Positions 1-8,179 of a DNA stretch of 44,680 bases are shown here, piece by piece. The DNA comes from a virus (taxonomy: Duplodnaviria; Heunggongvirae; Uroviricota; Caudoviricetes). The notes below the pieces were generated by a model that was not told the origin of the DNA, ran no database searches, and saw only the letters and a program-made list of their open reading frames with translations. Location of the stretch: IMG/VR virus record IMGVR_UViG_2721755657_000002. The stretch is one strand, 5' to 3'. The position numbers were made by a program, and so were the translations under genes. How positions within the stretch are numbered: the stretch's first letter is position 1; each line of letters begins with the position of its first letter.

Positions 1-1
1 A

Positions 2-1297
2 TTAATTTTTCATTGCTTCGTTATGGGGCATGGTTGGGGCAAACTCGCTTAACTGTGTATTTAACAAAGCTACCTGTGCATTATTGTTTTCAGACATCCA
101 TTTTCCGTATACCTGAAATACCATTTGCGCATCTGCATGGCCCATCTGGTTTGCTATAAATGCCGGGTTAGCACCAGCTGTCAGCGACCAGCAGGCATAA
201 GTATGTCTCGACTGATATGATTTTCGATGGCGGAGTCCGGCACGTTTTATCGCTGCGTCCCACATCTGCCTTATTGAGTCAACGGTAAAATGGTCACCAT
301 AATTTTTTACTCTCGCTGACACTTCAGGTTGAAAAACAAAGGTGCATTTATGTTTTTCTGTTCTGCCATACTCTCTGAGGTGAACATCAATGATATGCTC
401 TTTGCTCAGTCTCGTTAATGTCATCTGACTCCGGAGAGCGTCGATTGCTGGCTTAATAAGATGAATGACCCGATTGGTTCCCGCCTGTGTTTTTGGGACC
501 GTGAAACGGTCTTTTGCTAAATTTCTCCTGATCATCATTGTTCCATTTTTCAGATCTATGTCCTCCCATCCAAGTGCACACAGCTCACCAGGGCGAACGC
601 CAGTATAAACAGAAACACACCATAAATTTTTGGCTTGCTGATTTCTGCACGCATCGATAAGACGGATGAATTCCTCCCGCGAAAGAGGATCCGGAATGGT
701 TCTTGATTCCTTTAATGGCGAGATCCCCTTAAACGGGTTATCTGCCAGGTAACCGTTATCAACACCAAACTGGAACACGGCGTTAAGATTTGTCATGTAA
801 TTATTTACAGTTACAGCCGATCTCCCTGGTTGTGTAACAATATAGTTACTTTTGGGGATCTGGTATCCAGTCAGTAGCTCTTTACGAACCTCCAGTAATT
901 TTTCTTTATTAATCGATGAGGCAAGATTTTTTTCACCGATTATGCTCAGGATATTTTTGATGACGGCACGGTATGTGTTGAGTGATGTTTTTGCGACTTC
1001 AGTTTCTTTCAGTGCCAGAAATTTTTCAGCCAGTTCTTTTATGGTTAAATCTTGTCGGGCCTCACCAAATTTTTCCAGATTGCGTGAGGAGGGAAACTGT
1101 TTTGCATAGTCGAAAACACCAGTTTTTATTGCGTAACAAACAGAGGCGCGTAGCTCACCTGCAACGCGCCTGTTTTTTGCTGTGTCAGGAACCCCCAGGT
1201 TTTCCCTGACTCTTACGCCTTTATAAACAAACCAGATACGTAATTTCCCTCCATGGTTTTCCACGCCTGTCGGATATTTCATTTCAACTTCTCTCAT
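2..1297 (-). CDS. int: Tyrosine-type site-specific integrase (phage integrase family)
   Basis: 431-aa ORF at the prophage edge next to an excisionase; C-terminal region with HxxR...Y-type catalytic layout (...RHRKSYQSRHTYACW...). Alternative start at internal MKYPTG. Confidence 0.85.
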   Translation of the reverse strand: MREVEMKYPTGVENHGGKLRIWFVYKGVRVRENLGVPDTAKNRRVAGELRASVCYAIKTGVFDYAKQFPSSRNLEKFGEARQDLTIKELAEKFLALKETEVAKTSLNTYRAVIKNILSIIGEKNLASSINKEKLLEVRKELLTGYQIPKSNYIVTQPGRSAVTVNNYMTNLNAVFQFGVDNGYLADNPFKGISPLKESRTIPDPLSREEFIRLIDACRNQQAKNLWCVSVYTGVRPGELCALGWEDIDLKNGTMMIRRNLAKDRFTVPKTQAGTNRVIHLIKPAIDALRSQMTLTRLSKEHIIDVHLREYGRTEKHKCTFVFQPEVSARVKNYGDHFTVDSIRQMWDAAIKRAGLRHRKSYQSRHTYACWSLTAGANPAFIANQMGHADAQMVFQVYGKWMSENNNAQVALLNTQLSEFAPTMPHNEAMKN

Positions 1298-1316
1298 TAG
1301 TTAGTGTGGCTTTTAG

Positions 1317-1568
1317 TCAAGTAAGATGACGTCTTGGTCTTGCTGATGCCTGGCGCTCAATCCAGCGATCAATTTCTTCCAGGTTGTAAAAGCATGGACT
1401 GTTATCCCATGGCATACCGTCATGAGCGACATGCTTATATTCCCTTCCTTCCATAAACGATTTTTCCCGGGCCTTTTTTAACGTACCTTTTTTTATTCCT
1501 TTCAGCGCAATTAACTGCTCTTCGGATACCCATTTGCCGGGAGAGACAATCATGATTACTTCGCTCAT
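1317..1568 (-). CDS. xis: Excisionase-like DNA-binding protein
   Basis: 83-aa ORF immediately upstream of int on the same strand; ...GREYKHV... resembles the lambda/HK022 Xis core. Confidence 0.6.
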   Translation of the reverse strand: MSEVIMIVSPGKWVSEEQLIALKGIKKGTLKKAREKSFMEGREYKHVAHDGMPWDNSPCFYNLEEIDRWIERQASARPRRHLT

Positions 1569-1640
1569 CGATTTCTTTATCTCTTACATCAGACGAGCGC
1601 CGGTTGCAGAATACCAGTCACAACCGGCGACAGTTGAACA

Positions 1641-4112
1641 TTAAGAATCAGCCTGACTCGGGATCAGTTTTTGCCAGATAGCTGAAACGTATTTTGCCTG
1701 GTAACGGGCGTCATCAAGTGCATTATGGCGCTCACCTTCGAATGGAATAGCCGTTCTGGCATCGAAGTCTATGGCTTTCCCCAGCTCAACGATTGTGCGT
1801 ACATCGCGATCGTTGTAGTAACGCCACGGGCAGGGGATCCCCTGCCGTTCGTATGAACGGCGCAAAATCGTGTTGTCGAAGTTGGCTCCATTTCCCCAGA
1901 CATGAACAAAAAATTCACCGGAGTTTTCGTCGATAAATTCCCGCAATTGTAACAGTGCATCATCTAACGGGATTTCATCGGTCATAATGGCAGATTGCGC
2001 TTCGCGTGATTGTTTAAGCCACCATTTAATGGTGTCCCGATCAATGACTCCGCCAGCAGTTTCCAGATCGATAGTCTTACTAAATTCCGGTCCCATATCT
2101 CCGGTTTGCGGATCGAAAAATATTGCACCTATTGAGATAATCGGGGCATCGGGATTTTTTCCCATGGTTTCAAGGTCGATCATCAGATGAATCCCCGCTC
2201 TGCTGGTGGATGTGAGATTATGATGACCGTTTGCCTTAATTAAGGGATCTGACGCCTCGCCAGTTTCACTATCGCTGGCATGATGCTGATTGCCGCCAGT
2301 GTTCTCCTTGTGCTGATGCGCAGTGCCTTCCATTTCCTCCGGATCATTTTCCTGAACTTCAGGCTGATTCTCTCCATCGAATATTTCCTGGTATGTTGCG
2401 TCACCCATCACCGCACCACAATCAGGGCAGTTGCCGCCACCGCTCTGACCGCAGGCGGTGCAGATCTTTTCCGGTTCCTGTTGCACTACTGGTTCAGGTT
2501 GTTTCGTTTCTGGCTCGTTTTGTTGCGTATTTGGGCTGTTTTGTTCCGCTTTCTGGTCGTTCTGTTCCGTTTCTTGCTGGTTCTGGTTCACAGAATCGCG
2601 GGTCTGGATCCCCTTAATCCATTTCGGATCATTCGGGTCGCTAATCCCTTCAACAAATTCACCACGTGATACTGCAAGCAGTTCATCGGCGTCAGGCTGG
2701 CTGATATTGGCTGCCTGCATAATTTTGTTTACTTCGTCAGCGGTAACTTTTACTGACCCTGGTTGTGCGGTCGTGTCAGATGCACCAGTATTTTGTTGTG
2801 AACCTGAGTATGTACCGTTTTTGCGGGCGAAATATTCTTCTTTCGTGATTTCAGTAGCCCCAGCAGACAGCGCCTTATCCAGACCAGAAAGTTTATTTGC
2901 GCGACCGTATTTTTCGCCATCCTTGTCGGTGAAGAGGAAGTAGAACGGCCCCTCACGTTCTACAGATGGTTCGACTTCCACTTTGCATTCGGTTTTTTCG
3001 TTGTCTGGAATTGCCGTTTCCACTGCATCAGTTTCTGGTACTGGCGACGAGAGAGTATCAGTTGCGCTCTGATTTGTTCCTTCATCTTCAAACACGCCCT
3101 TTGTAGTCAGGTATTCAGTAATGTATTTGTTCAGTGCCACAGGGTCTTTGTGAATGTCGATCGGACGTTCACGGACAAGGCCAAAAATAGTCTGGCGGTC
3201 GTAGCGAAGGGCATCAGGCTGTTTGCGCATTGATGCCGAGATACGCTTCCAGTCTTCGCGGTCGTTGTCGATAACTTCATTTTTTGCCCAGCGATGGATG
3301 CTGCCGTCAATGTTTCCGGCATCCACATCACCAGGCCAGAGAGCGTAGGCCAGTTCGTCATCCAGTGTTTTCCATGTCTGCTTGTATTCGCGATGAATGG
3401 CAGCAATGACCGGGTTGATTTTTCCTGTTGAATTTTCAGTGTGCTGTTGATTGGCTCTGGCGCGGGCGAGATCAACAACAGACGTGTATTTTCCGGCTTC
3501 CTTGCGTTCACCTTCGCGACGTTTTTTCCAGATGCGCATCTCTGCCTGAATTTCGGGCCATTTGGCACCAGGCTTACATTTATGCTTAACCCACCCGATG
3601 GCATGCAGCTTAAGCTCCGGATACATAGCGTTAACTTCTGGCATTTTCATCAACGCTTCAACGATATGGCCGTCGAATGTTGCCATGTCTTCCTGCAACA
3701 ATTCCTGTGCGCTAATCACCATATCAACAGTGATGTTTTCACATGTGTCGAACTTAACCATGACAGCGTTCTGTACTTCAGGGGCTAGGTTGTCAAAAGT
3801 GACGTTCATCGGATCGGATTCAGTCTCGACCGGGACAAAGGAAGCAGACGCCTCATCCCAGCGGTTTTCCTGCATATATTCAGCATCCCAGGAATCGAGG
3901 GCAGGGCGGGGTATACCGGGTTTATCCTCGCAAACAAGAAATTTATAAGCGCAGTCCTGAGCAGCCGGATAATGTTCCAGGAATTGCCAGTGAAATTTTG
4001 CGCGGGCGCGACGTTCATCACCGGCTTCAATGGCAGTGGCTACAGCGACGGCACCTTCTTCCTTTATTGCCTGTTCGTCCGGAATGGCGGCGCAAATAAA
4101 GACTTTACTCAT
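1641..4112 (-). CDS. Large early-region protein with C-terminal DnaQ-like (DEDDh) 3'-5' exonuclease domain and internal zinc ribbon
   Basis: 823 aa; C-terminus IHLMIDLETMG...VWGNGANFD...HNALDDA (Exo I/II/III motifs); CTACGx7CPDCG zinc ribbon; acidic Q/E/N-rich linker; position equals the exo/recE slot of lambdoid phages. Confidence 0.7.
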   Translation of the reverse strand: MSKVFICAAIPDEQAIKEEGAVAVATAIEAGDERRARAKFHWQFLEHYPAAQDCAYKFLVCEDKPGIPRPALDSWDAEYMQENRWDEASASFVPVETESDPMNVTFDNLAPEVQNAVMVKFDTCENITVDMVISAQELLQEDMATFDGHIVEALMKMPEVNAMYPELKLHAIGWVKHKCKPGAKWPEIQAEMRIWKKRREGERKEAGKYTSVVDLARARANQQHTENSTGKINPVIAAIHREYKQTWKTLDDELAYALWPGDVDAGNIDGSIHRWAKNEVIDNDREDWKRISASMRKQPDALRYDRQTIFGLVRERPIDIHKDPVALNKYITEYLTTKGVFEDEGTNQSATDTLSSPVPETDAVETAIPDNEKTECKVEVEPSVEREGPFYFLFTDKDGEKYGRANKLSGLDKALSAGATEITKEEYFARKNGTYSGSQQNTGASDTTAQPGSVKVTADEVNKIMQAANISQPDADELLAVSRGEFVEGISDPNDPKWIKGIQTRDSVNQNQQETEQNDQKAEQNSPNTQQNEPETKQPEPVVQQEPEKICTACGQSGGGNCPDCGAVMGDATYQEIFDGENQPEVQENDPEEMEGTAHQHKENTGGNQHHASDSETGEASDPLIKANGHHNLTSTSRAGIHLMIDLETMGKNPDAPIISIGAIFFDPQTGDMGPEFSKTIDLETAGGVIDRDTIKWWLKQSREAQSAIMTDEIPLDDALLQLREFIDENSGEFFVHVWGNGANFDNTILRRSYERQGIPCPWRYYNDRDVRTIVELGKAIDFDARTAIPFEGERHNALDDARYQAKYVSAIWQKLIPSQADS

Positions 4113-4204
4113 TTTGTTTTACCTCATTACAGATTTAAGGGTGAACAAATCCCTGCCATTGCTGGCATATAAGAATGAAATCGGATGTTTATTACGGAAC
4201 TGTT

Positions 4205-4396
4205 TTAAAGACCTGCCGGGATTTCGTTATTATCCTGGTGAATAACTTTATCGACCGGGTAACAGTTACCGGGAATTTTCTGTTCGGTTGCTGCAGTCAT
4301 ACACTCCTGCATTGTCCTGTGAACACTGACTGCAATATCAACTGGCTCTCCGGAAACAAGAAAAACTGTCAGAACAAGCGCAAATGCTGAATTCAT
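4205..4396 (-). CDS. ydfD: YdfD-like small membrane lysis protein (63 aa, N-terminal TM segment)
   Basis: MNSAFALVLTVFLVSGEPVD...; start ATG overlaps the dicB stop (ATGA); same position as ydfD in K-12 Qin. Confidence 0.65.
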   Translation of the reverse strand: MNSAFALVLTVFLVSGEPVDIAVSVHRTMQECMTAATEQKIPGNCYPVDKVIHQDNNEIPAGL

Positions 4397-4581
4397 TGTG
4401 CACATCCTTTTGGCATCAGACGTAAACGAGCCAGCATTGAAACAATGCATATTTTATTTAATAGCTCCCGTTCTTGTTTTCTCTTGTTAATGGCATCTTC
4501 AGTAAATACAGGGTTACTGATAGTGACACCAATTTCAAAACAACCTTCAGACGTATTAACGTTTGGTAATAACGTTTTCAT
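4393..4581 (-). CDS. dicB: Cell-division inhibitor DicB
   Basis: 62-aa product MKTLLPNVNTSEGCFEIGVTISNPVFTEDAINKRKQERELLNKICIVSMLARLRLMPKGCAQ matches DicB as I recall it; lies downstream of dicF as in Qin. Confidence 0.85.
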   Translation of the reverse strand: MKTLLPNVNTSEGCFEIGVTISNPVFTEDAINKRKQERELLNKICIVSMLARLRLMPKGCAQ

Positions 4582-4750
4582 TATCGCGTCCTCAACAATG
4601 AATTTTGTGATGCAGTGCCTGGTGCCTCCAGGTGACGTTAACCAGTTAACAATTAACGCCGGATACAGAGAATCCACCCATAACACTGTTTTTGGTTTTA
4701 ACTGTTCCGCGTGCGCTTAGCCGCATTCACCGCATCACAAAATTCACTTT

Positions 4751-4808
4751 AAAAACGGCGGCAGAGCAGTCACGGAGTAAAACTGATACCGCCAAACGTC
4801 ACCAGAAA
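4751..4808 (-). ncRNA. dicF: DicF small regulatory RNA (ftsZ/manX-targeting sRNA)
   Basis: Minus-strand sequence TTTCTGGTGACGTTTGGCGGTATCAGTTTTACTCCGTGACTGCTCTGCCGCCGTTTTT matches the remembered DicF sequence including the terminal stem and U-run; immediately upstream of dicB. Confidence 0.8.
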
Positions 4809-5067
4809 ATTGATAACAGAGGGCGTTGCAGCGGGGTTGTCACTTAAGCGTATGGTCAACCTGACAACTCGGTGTCCTCAACGGGGAAGGAATAACCCCG
4901 CCATACTTACCGCCGCGCCATTTTGCGGGTTGCCACAACCGGAAGCGCACGGTCGAATTAAATTTAACGACACCGTACAGTGAGACGAACTTCGCCGTGC
5001 GCTTTCGTGTTGTGTGCCTGCTTTTAACCACGTCAGGCGAGGTGGTATCCTTAAAATCACCACAGTT

Positions 5068-5643
5068 TTAAGGATTCATTAAGCAATGTCGCAACCACCA
5101 ATAAATCCGCTTAAGAACATGAAAATTGATTACTGGTATAAAGCGCTTACAGTTGTTGGCGCTGCGTTGTTTGTCTTTAATGGAACGTCTTTTTTTGACA
5201 GATATCCCGTTGTTCCATTGGGTTTTTTGTCCTCCGGCATCTTTTTTATTGGTTTGGGGGAGTGGATTAATCACCCTCTCAAAGTGAGATTTATTGGTCC
5301 TGGAGTTTGGACTTGTGGATATAATCGTTCTTCGTGCGCACTCGGTATCATCTTCGACATACTTGGTTGTTTCCTGATTGTTACAGGAGTCGTCAAGTTC
5401 TTCTGATGTAAAACCGCAAATGGGGCACGTAACGGGAATTTTGAAAAGCGTTTCTCCGGGTTCCAGAACAAAATTTTCTGCGGTCTGATTTTGCTTCTCA
5501 TATTTGTGCTCCGCGTCATTGTGAGAGCACATTCTTATTCTGAGTGCCTGTTTAAACTCACTGAAGCTGAGAGCTTCTTCGCCTTCGGCAAGGCCTTCGA
5601 AGTATTCTTCGTAAGCCTTTTCCATGATTGTGTCGAAATCCAT
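5068..5643 (-). CDS. ydfB/ydfC-region ORF of the dicB operon (single 191-aa ORF here; C-terminal half may be non-coding)
   Basis: Starts 1 nt after the ydfA stop (MDFDTIMEKAYEEYFEGLAEGEE...; ...PVTCPICGF...); K/N/R-rich low-complexity C-terminal half is antisense to a hydrophobic plus-strand ORF. Confidence 0.35.
   Translation of the reverse strand: MDFDTIMEKAYEEYFEGLAEGEEALSFSEFKQALRIRMCSHNDAEHKYEKQNQTAENFVLEPGETLFKIPVTCPICGFTSEELDDSCNNQETTKYVEDDTECARRTIISTSPNSRTNKSHFERVINPLPQTNKKDAGGQKTQWNNGISVKKRRSIKDKQRSANNCKRFIPVINFHVLKRIYWWLRHCLMNP
5086..5406 (+). CDS. Candidate small inner-membrane protein (3 predicted TM helices), antisense to the ydfB/C region
   Basis: 106-aa ORF with AAGGA about 10 nt upstream of ATG; hydrophobic segments LTVVGAALFVF, SGIFFIGLGEWI, GIIFDILGCFLIVTGVV; preceded by a perfect 10-bp inverted repeat. 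Confidence 0.3.
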   Translation: MSQPPINPLKNMKIDYWYKALTVVGAALFVFNGTSFFDRYPVVPLGFLSSGIFFIGLGEWINHPLKVRFIGPGVWTCGYNRSSCALGIIFDILGCFLIVTGVVKFF

Positions 5644-5644
5644 A

Positions 5645-5800
5645 TCACTCACCTGAGTTTCTTTCCAGCCAGCGACGGGCACCATTTTCGGTTTTAAACG
5701 TTTTGCTTTTGGTATACGTCATCGCGGTGAACGTGCCGTCCTGGTTGGGGAACACGCCGTACACCAGAGATTCGTTGTTGCCAAGATCGATAGTATCCAT
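5645..5800 (-). CDS. ydfA: YdfA-like small protein (51 aa)
   Basis: MDTIDLGNNESLVYGVFPNQDGTFTAMTYTKSKTFKTENGARRWLERNSGE; first gene downstream of dicA on the dicB-operon strand. Confidence 0.65.
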   Translation of the reverse strand: MDTIDLGNNESLVYGVFPNQDGTFTAMTYTKSKTFKTENGARRWLERNSGE

Positions 5801-5880
5801 GCTGACCTCATTTCCCCTTAACGCTGGGGTAGCGGAACTGTTTGCTGAGAACACCGTGCGGTGTGTTGATGCAAATAAGA

Positions 5881-5932
5881 TTAGCCATGGCTAACATATA
5901 GGTCAAGTGATTTTGTATGTTATGGCTAACAT
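5881..5932. promoter_or_regulatory. Putative DicA operator pair at the dicB-operon promoter
   Basis: Perfect palindrome TTAGCCATGGCTAA (5881-5894) and inverted repeat ATGTTATGGCTAACAT (5917-5932) between dicA stop and ydfA start; same TTAGC-N4-GCTAA architecture as in the dicA/dicC intergenic region. Confidence 0.45.
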
Positions 5933-5966
5933 GATTGATGTGGTAAAAGATAACTCATTGATGATG

Positions 5967-6374
5967 TTATCTTTTATTTGTCCGCTGACGGGCTTTTAGT
6001 AATTCTTCAAAGAGTTTATTGAAGTTTTTTACTCGAGCTCGCATTTCGGCGAGCTGGGTATCCTGTTCTGATTCTGGCAGTGCATTAAACAGCTCAAGGA
6101 GCTCTAGTTCTTTGGGGGATAAGGCAACTGGCTTCTCAACAGGTGGTGTTGGTTGCTTGTCTTCATCGCCAAATAGAATCCATGTTGGTGAGCATTGCAA
6201 TACTTTGCTGAGGGCAAAAAGGTTCTTCCCTGTAGGTTCACTATCATCCCGTTCCCATTGTGATACAGACACATGGGAGATTTTCAGGGCTTTAGCAAGA
6301 GACCTTTGGGTGTGTTTGAGGTTTTTCCGACGATACCTAATGCGTTCGCCGATAGTTAAATTTTTTGTTTCCAT
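5967..6374 (-). CDS. dicA: Repressor DicA (XRE/P22 C2-like HTH)
   Basis: 135-aa product with HTH ...QRSLAKALKISHVSVSQWERD...; divergent from dicC. Confidence 0.9.
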   Translation of the reverse strand: METKNLTIGERIRYRRKNLKHTQRSLAKALKISHVSVSQWERDDSEPTGKNLFALSKVLQCSPTWILFGDEDKQPTPPVEKPVALSPKELELLELFNALPESEQDTQLAEMRARVKNFNKLFEELLKARQRTNKR

Positions 6375-6376
6375 AG

Positions 6377-6443
6377 TTAGCTAATGCTAAATCGTATTGA
6401 CTATGTTTTTGTTAACATCTATTTTGTTAGTCATAACTAACAA
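6377..6443. promoter_or_regulatory. dicA/dicC divergent promoter-operator region
   Basis: Palindrome TTAGCTAATGCTAA (6377-6390) and perfect 20-bp palindrome TTGTTAGTCATAACTAACAA (6424-6443); TTGACT -35-like hexamer at about 6397. Confidence 0.6.
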
Positions 6444-6457
6444 TAAAGGTGTTTTAA

Positions 6458-6688
6458 ATGCTTAAAACTGACGCTCTTTTGTATTTCGGTTCAAAAACAA
6501 AACTTGCACAAGCAGCAGGTATTCGTTTGGCTTCGCTTTATAGCTGGAAAGGGGATTTAGTTCCCGAAGGTCGCGCGATGCGTCTACAGGAGGCATCTGG
6601 CGGGGAGCTTCAGTATGATCCCAAAGTTTATGATGAATATCGTAAGACGAAGCGGGCGGGGCGGTTGAACAATGAAAATCACTCCTGA
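6458..6688 (+). CDS. dicC: Cro-like regulator DicC
   Basis: 76-aa ORF divergent from dicA (MLKTDALLYFGSKTKLAQAAGIRLASLYSWKGD...). Confidence 0.85.
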   Translation: MLKTDALLYFGSKTKLAQAAGIRLASLYSWKGDLVPEGRAMRLQEASGGELQYDPKVYDEYRKTKRAGRLNNENHS

Positions 6689-7193
6689 ACAGGCTCGTGA
6701 GGCTCTGGATGCCTGGATATGTCGACCAGGAATGACACAGGAGCAGGCGACGATATTAATCACTGAAGCATTCTGGGCTTTGAAAGAGCGCCCGAACATC
6801 GATGTTCAGCGTGTCACAGATGAAGGTGGCGCGGTTGATCAGCGAGCGCTTGGCGTTAATCGAGTGAAGATATTCGAACGCTGGAAGGCTATCGACACCA
6901 GGGATAAGCGTGAAAAGTTCAGGGCGCTAGTGCCTGCGATTATGGAGGCTATCCGGATTAGTGATTTCAGGTTGTATCGTGAGATCAGTGATGGAAAAAG
7001 TATTACGTACATGATCGCCGGGTTAAATAAAGAATATGGCGATGTGGTGGAATCCGGACTGCTTTTTGCAGATCCTGCCGTTGTAGATCGTGAAACTGAC
7101 GAACTTATAGAAAAAGCAATTGCTTTCAAGCTTGCGTATCGACAGCAATACCAACAAAAAGCTGGATGGAATTATGAGTCTTCTTTTTGCTGA
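6672..7193 (+). CDS. Hypothetical early protein, possibly YdaT-like (CII-position protein)
   Basis: 173-aa ORF directly after the Cro-like gene; ...DKREKFRALVPAIMEAI... resembles the Rac YdaT region as remembered. Confidence 0.45.
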   Translation: MKITPEQAREALDAWICRPGMTQEQATILITEAFWALKERPNIDVQRVTDEGGAVDQRALGVNRVKIFERWKAIDTRDKREKFRALVPAIMEAIRISDFRLYREISDGKSITYMIAGLNKEYGDVVESGLLFADPAVVDRETDELIEKAIAFKLAYRQQYQQKAGWNYESSFC

Positions 7194-8139
7194 ACGCCCA
7201 CTGGTTATAAACACGCAGCTGGCAATGAAAATTGGCTTAAACGAAGCCATTGTTTTGCAACAACTGCACTACTGGTTGAGAGATACCAACTCCGGCATGG
7301 AATGTGATGGTGTTCGCTGGATTTATAACACAACGGAACAATGGCTGGAACAGTTCCCATTCTGGTCAGAGTCAACGTTAAAGCGCGCGTTTGCAAGTCT
7401 GAAAACGCTGGGGCTTTTGCGTTGTGAAAAGCTCAATAAATCAAAGCGCGATATGACCAATTTCTACACGATCAACTACGGGAGCGAGCTTTTAGATGGT
7501 GGCAAATTGAGCGAATCCATCGGTTTAAAATGCGCCGCTCCATCAGGTCAAAATGACACGATGGAAGAGGTCAAAATGAAACGCTCCATTGGTTCAAAAC
7601 GACTCAATGTCATCGGGTCAAAATGGCCTGATGATCTTACAGAGAATACAACAGAGATTACTACAGAGAATAAAAAGACTTCTCGTCCGGAAGCTTCGCA
7701 ACCGGACCCGCAGACGGTTGAACAGGATTTTTTAACCCGACACCCTGACGCGGTTGTGTTCAGTGCGAAAAAACGCCAGTGGGGCAGCCAGGAAGATTTG
7801 GCGTGTGCGCAGTGGATCTGGGGGCGAATCGTGAGTCTTTACGAGCAGGCCGCCAGCGATGATGGCGAGATTTCGCGACCGAAAGAACCCAACTGGACCG
7901 CATGGGCCAACGACGTGCGCACAATGCGGATGCTGGATGGCAGAACTCACAGACAAATTTGTGAAATGTTTGGTCGGGTGCAGCGGGATCCATTCTGGGT
8001 AAAAAATATCATGAGTCCGTCAAAGCTTCGCGAAAAATGGGATGAACTGGTTATCCGCCTGGGGCGTTCGTCTGTACAGCGTTGTGTGAATCATATTTCT
8101 GAGCCGGATACCGAAATTCCGCCGGGCTTCAGGGGGTAA
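7174..8139 (+). CDS. Replication initiation protein (phage replisome-organiser N-terminal HTH domain; lambda O-like role)
   Basis: N-terminus ...LAMKIGLNEAIVLQQLHYWL... typical of the replisome-organiser N domain; iteron array lies inside the gene. Confidence 0.7.
   Translation: MSLLFAERPLVINTQLAMKIGLNEAIVLQQLHYWLRDTNSGMECDGVRWIYNTTEQWLEQFPFWSESTLKRAFASLKTLGLLRCEKLNKSKRDMTNFYTINYGSELLDGGKLSESIGLKCAAPSGQNDTMEEVKMKRSIGSKRLNVIGSKWPDDLTENTTEITTENKKTSRPEASQPDPQTVEQDFLTRHPDAVVFSAKKRQWGSQEDLACAQWIWGRIVSLYEQAASDDGEISRPKEPNWTAWANDVRTMRMLDGRTHRQICEMFGRVQRDPFWVKNIMSPSKLREKWDELVIRLGRSSVQRCVNHISEPDTEIPPGFRG
7521..7690. repeat. Putative replication origin: 4-5 iterons GGTCAAAATG at about 23-bp spacing, then an A-rich tract
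   Basis: ggtttaaaatg (7521), ggtcaaaatg (7546), ggtcaaaatg (7569), ggttcaaaacg (7591), ggtcaaaatg (7616); followed by acagagaatacaacagagattactacagagaataaaaag. Confidence 0.55.
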
Positions 8140-8179
8140 GTGTTAATTTCTGGTCATGAGGTAATTTTCAGGAGGGCTT

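Noticed and set aside
2280-2943. Overlapping plus-strand ORFs of 129, 74 and 161 aa inside the exonuclease-like gene
   Set aside because: Antisense to the acidic/Q-rich linker-coding part of the 823-aa gene; repetitive Phe/Leu/Arg-rich products
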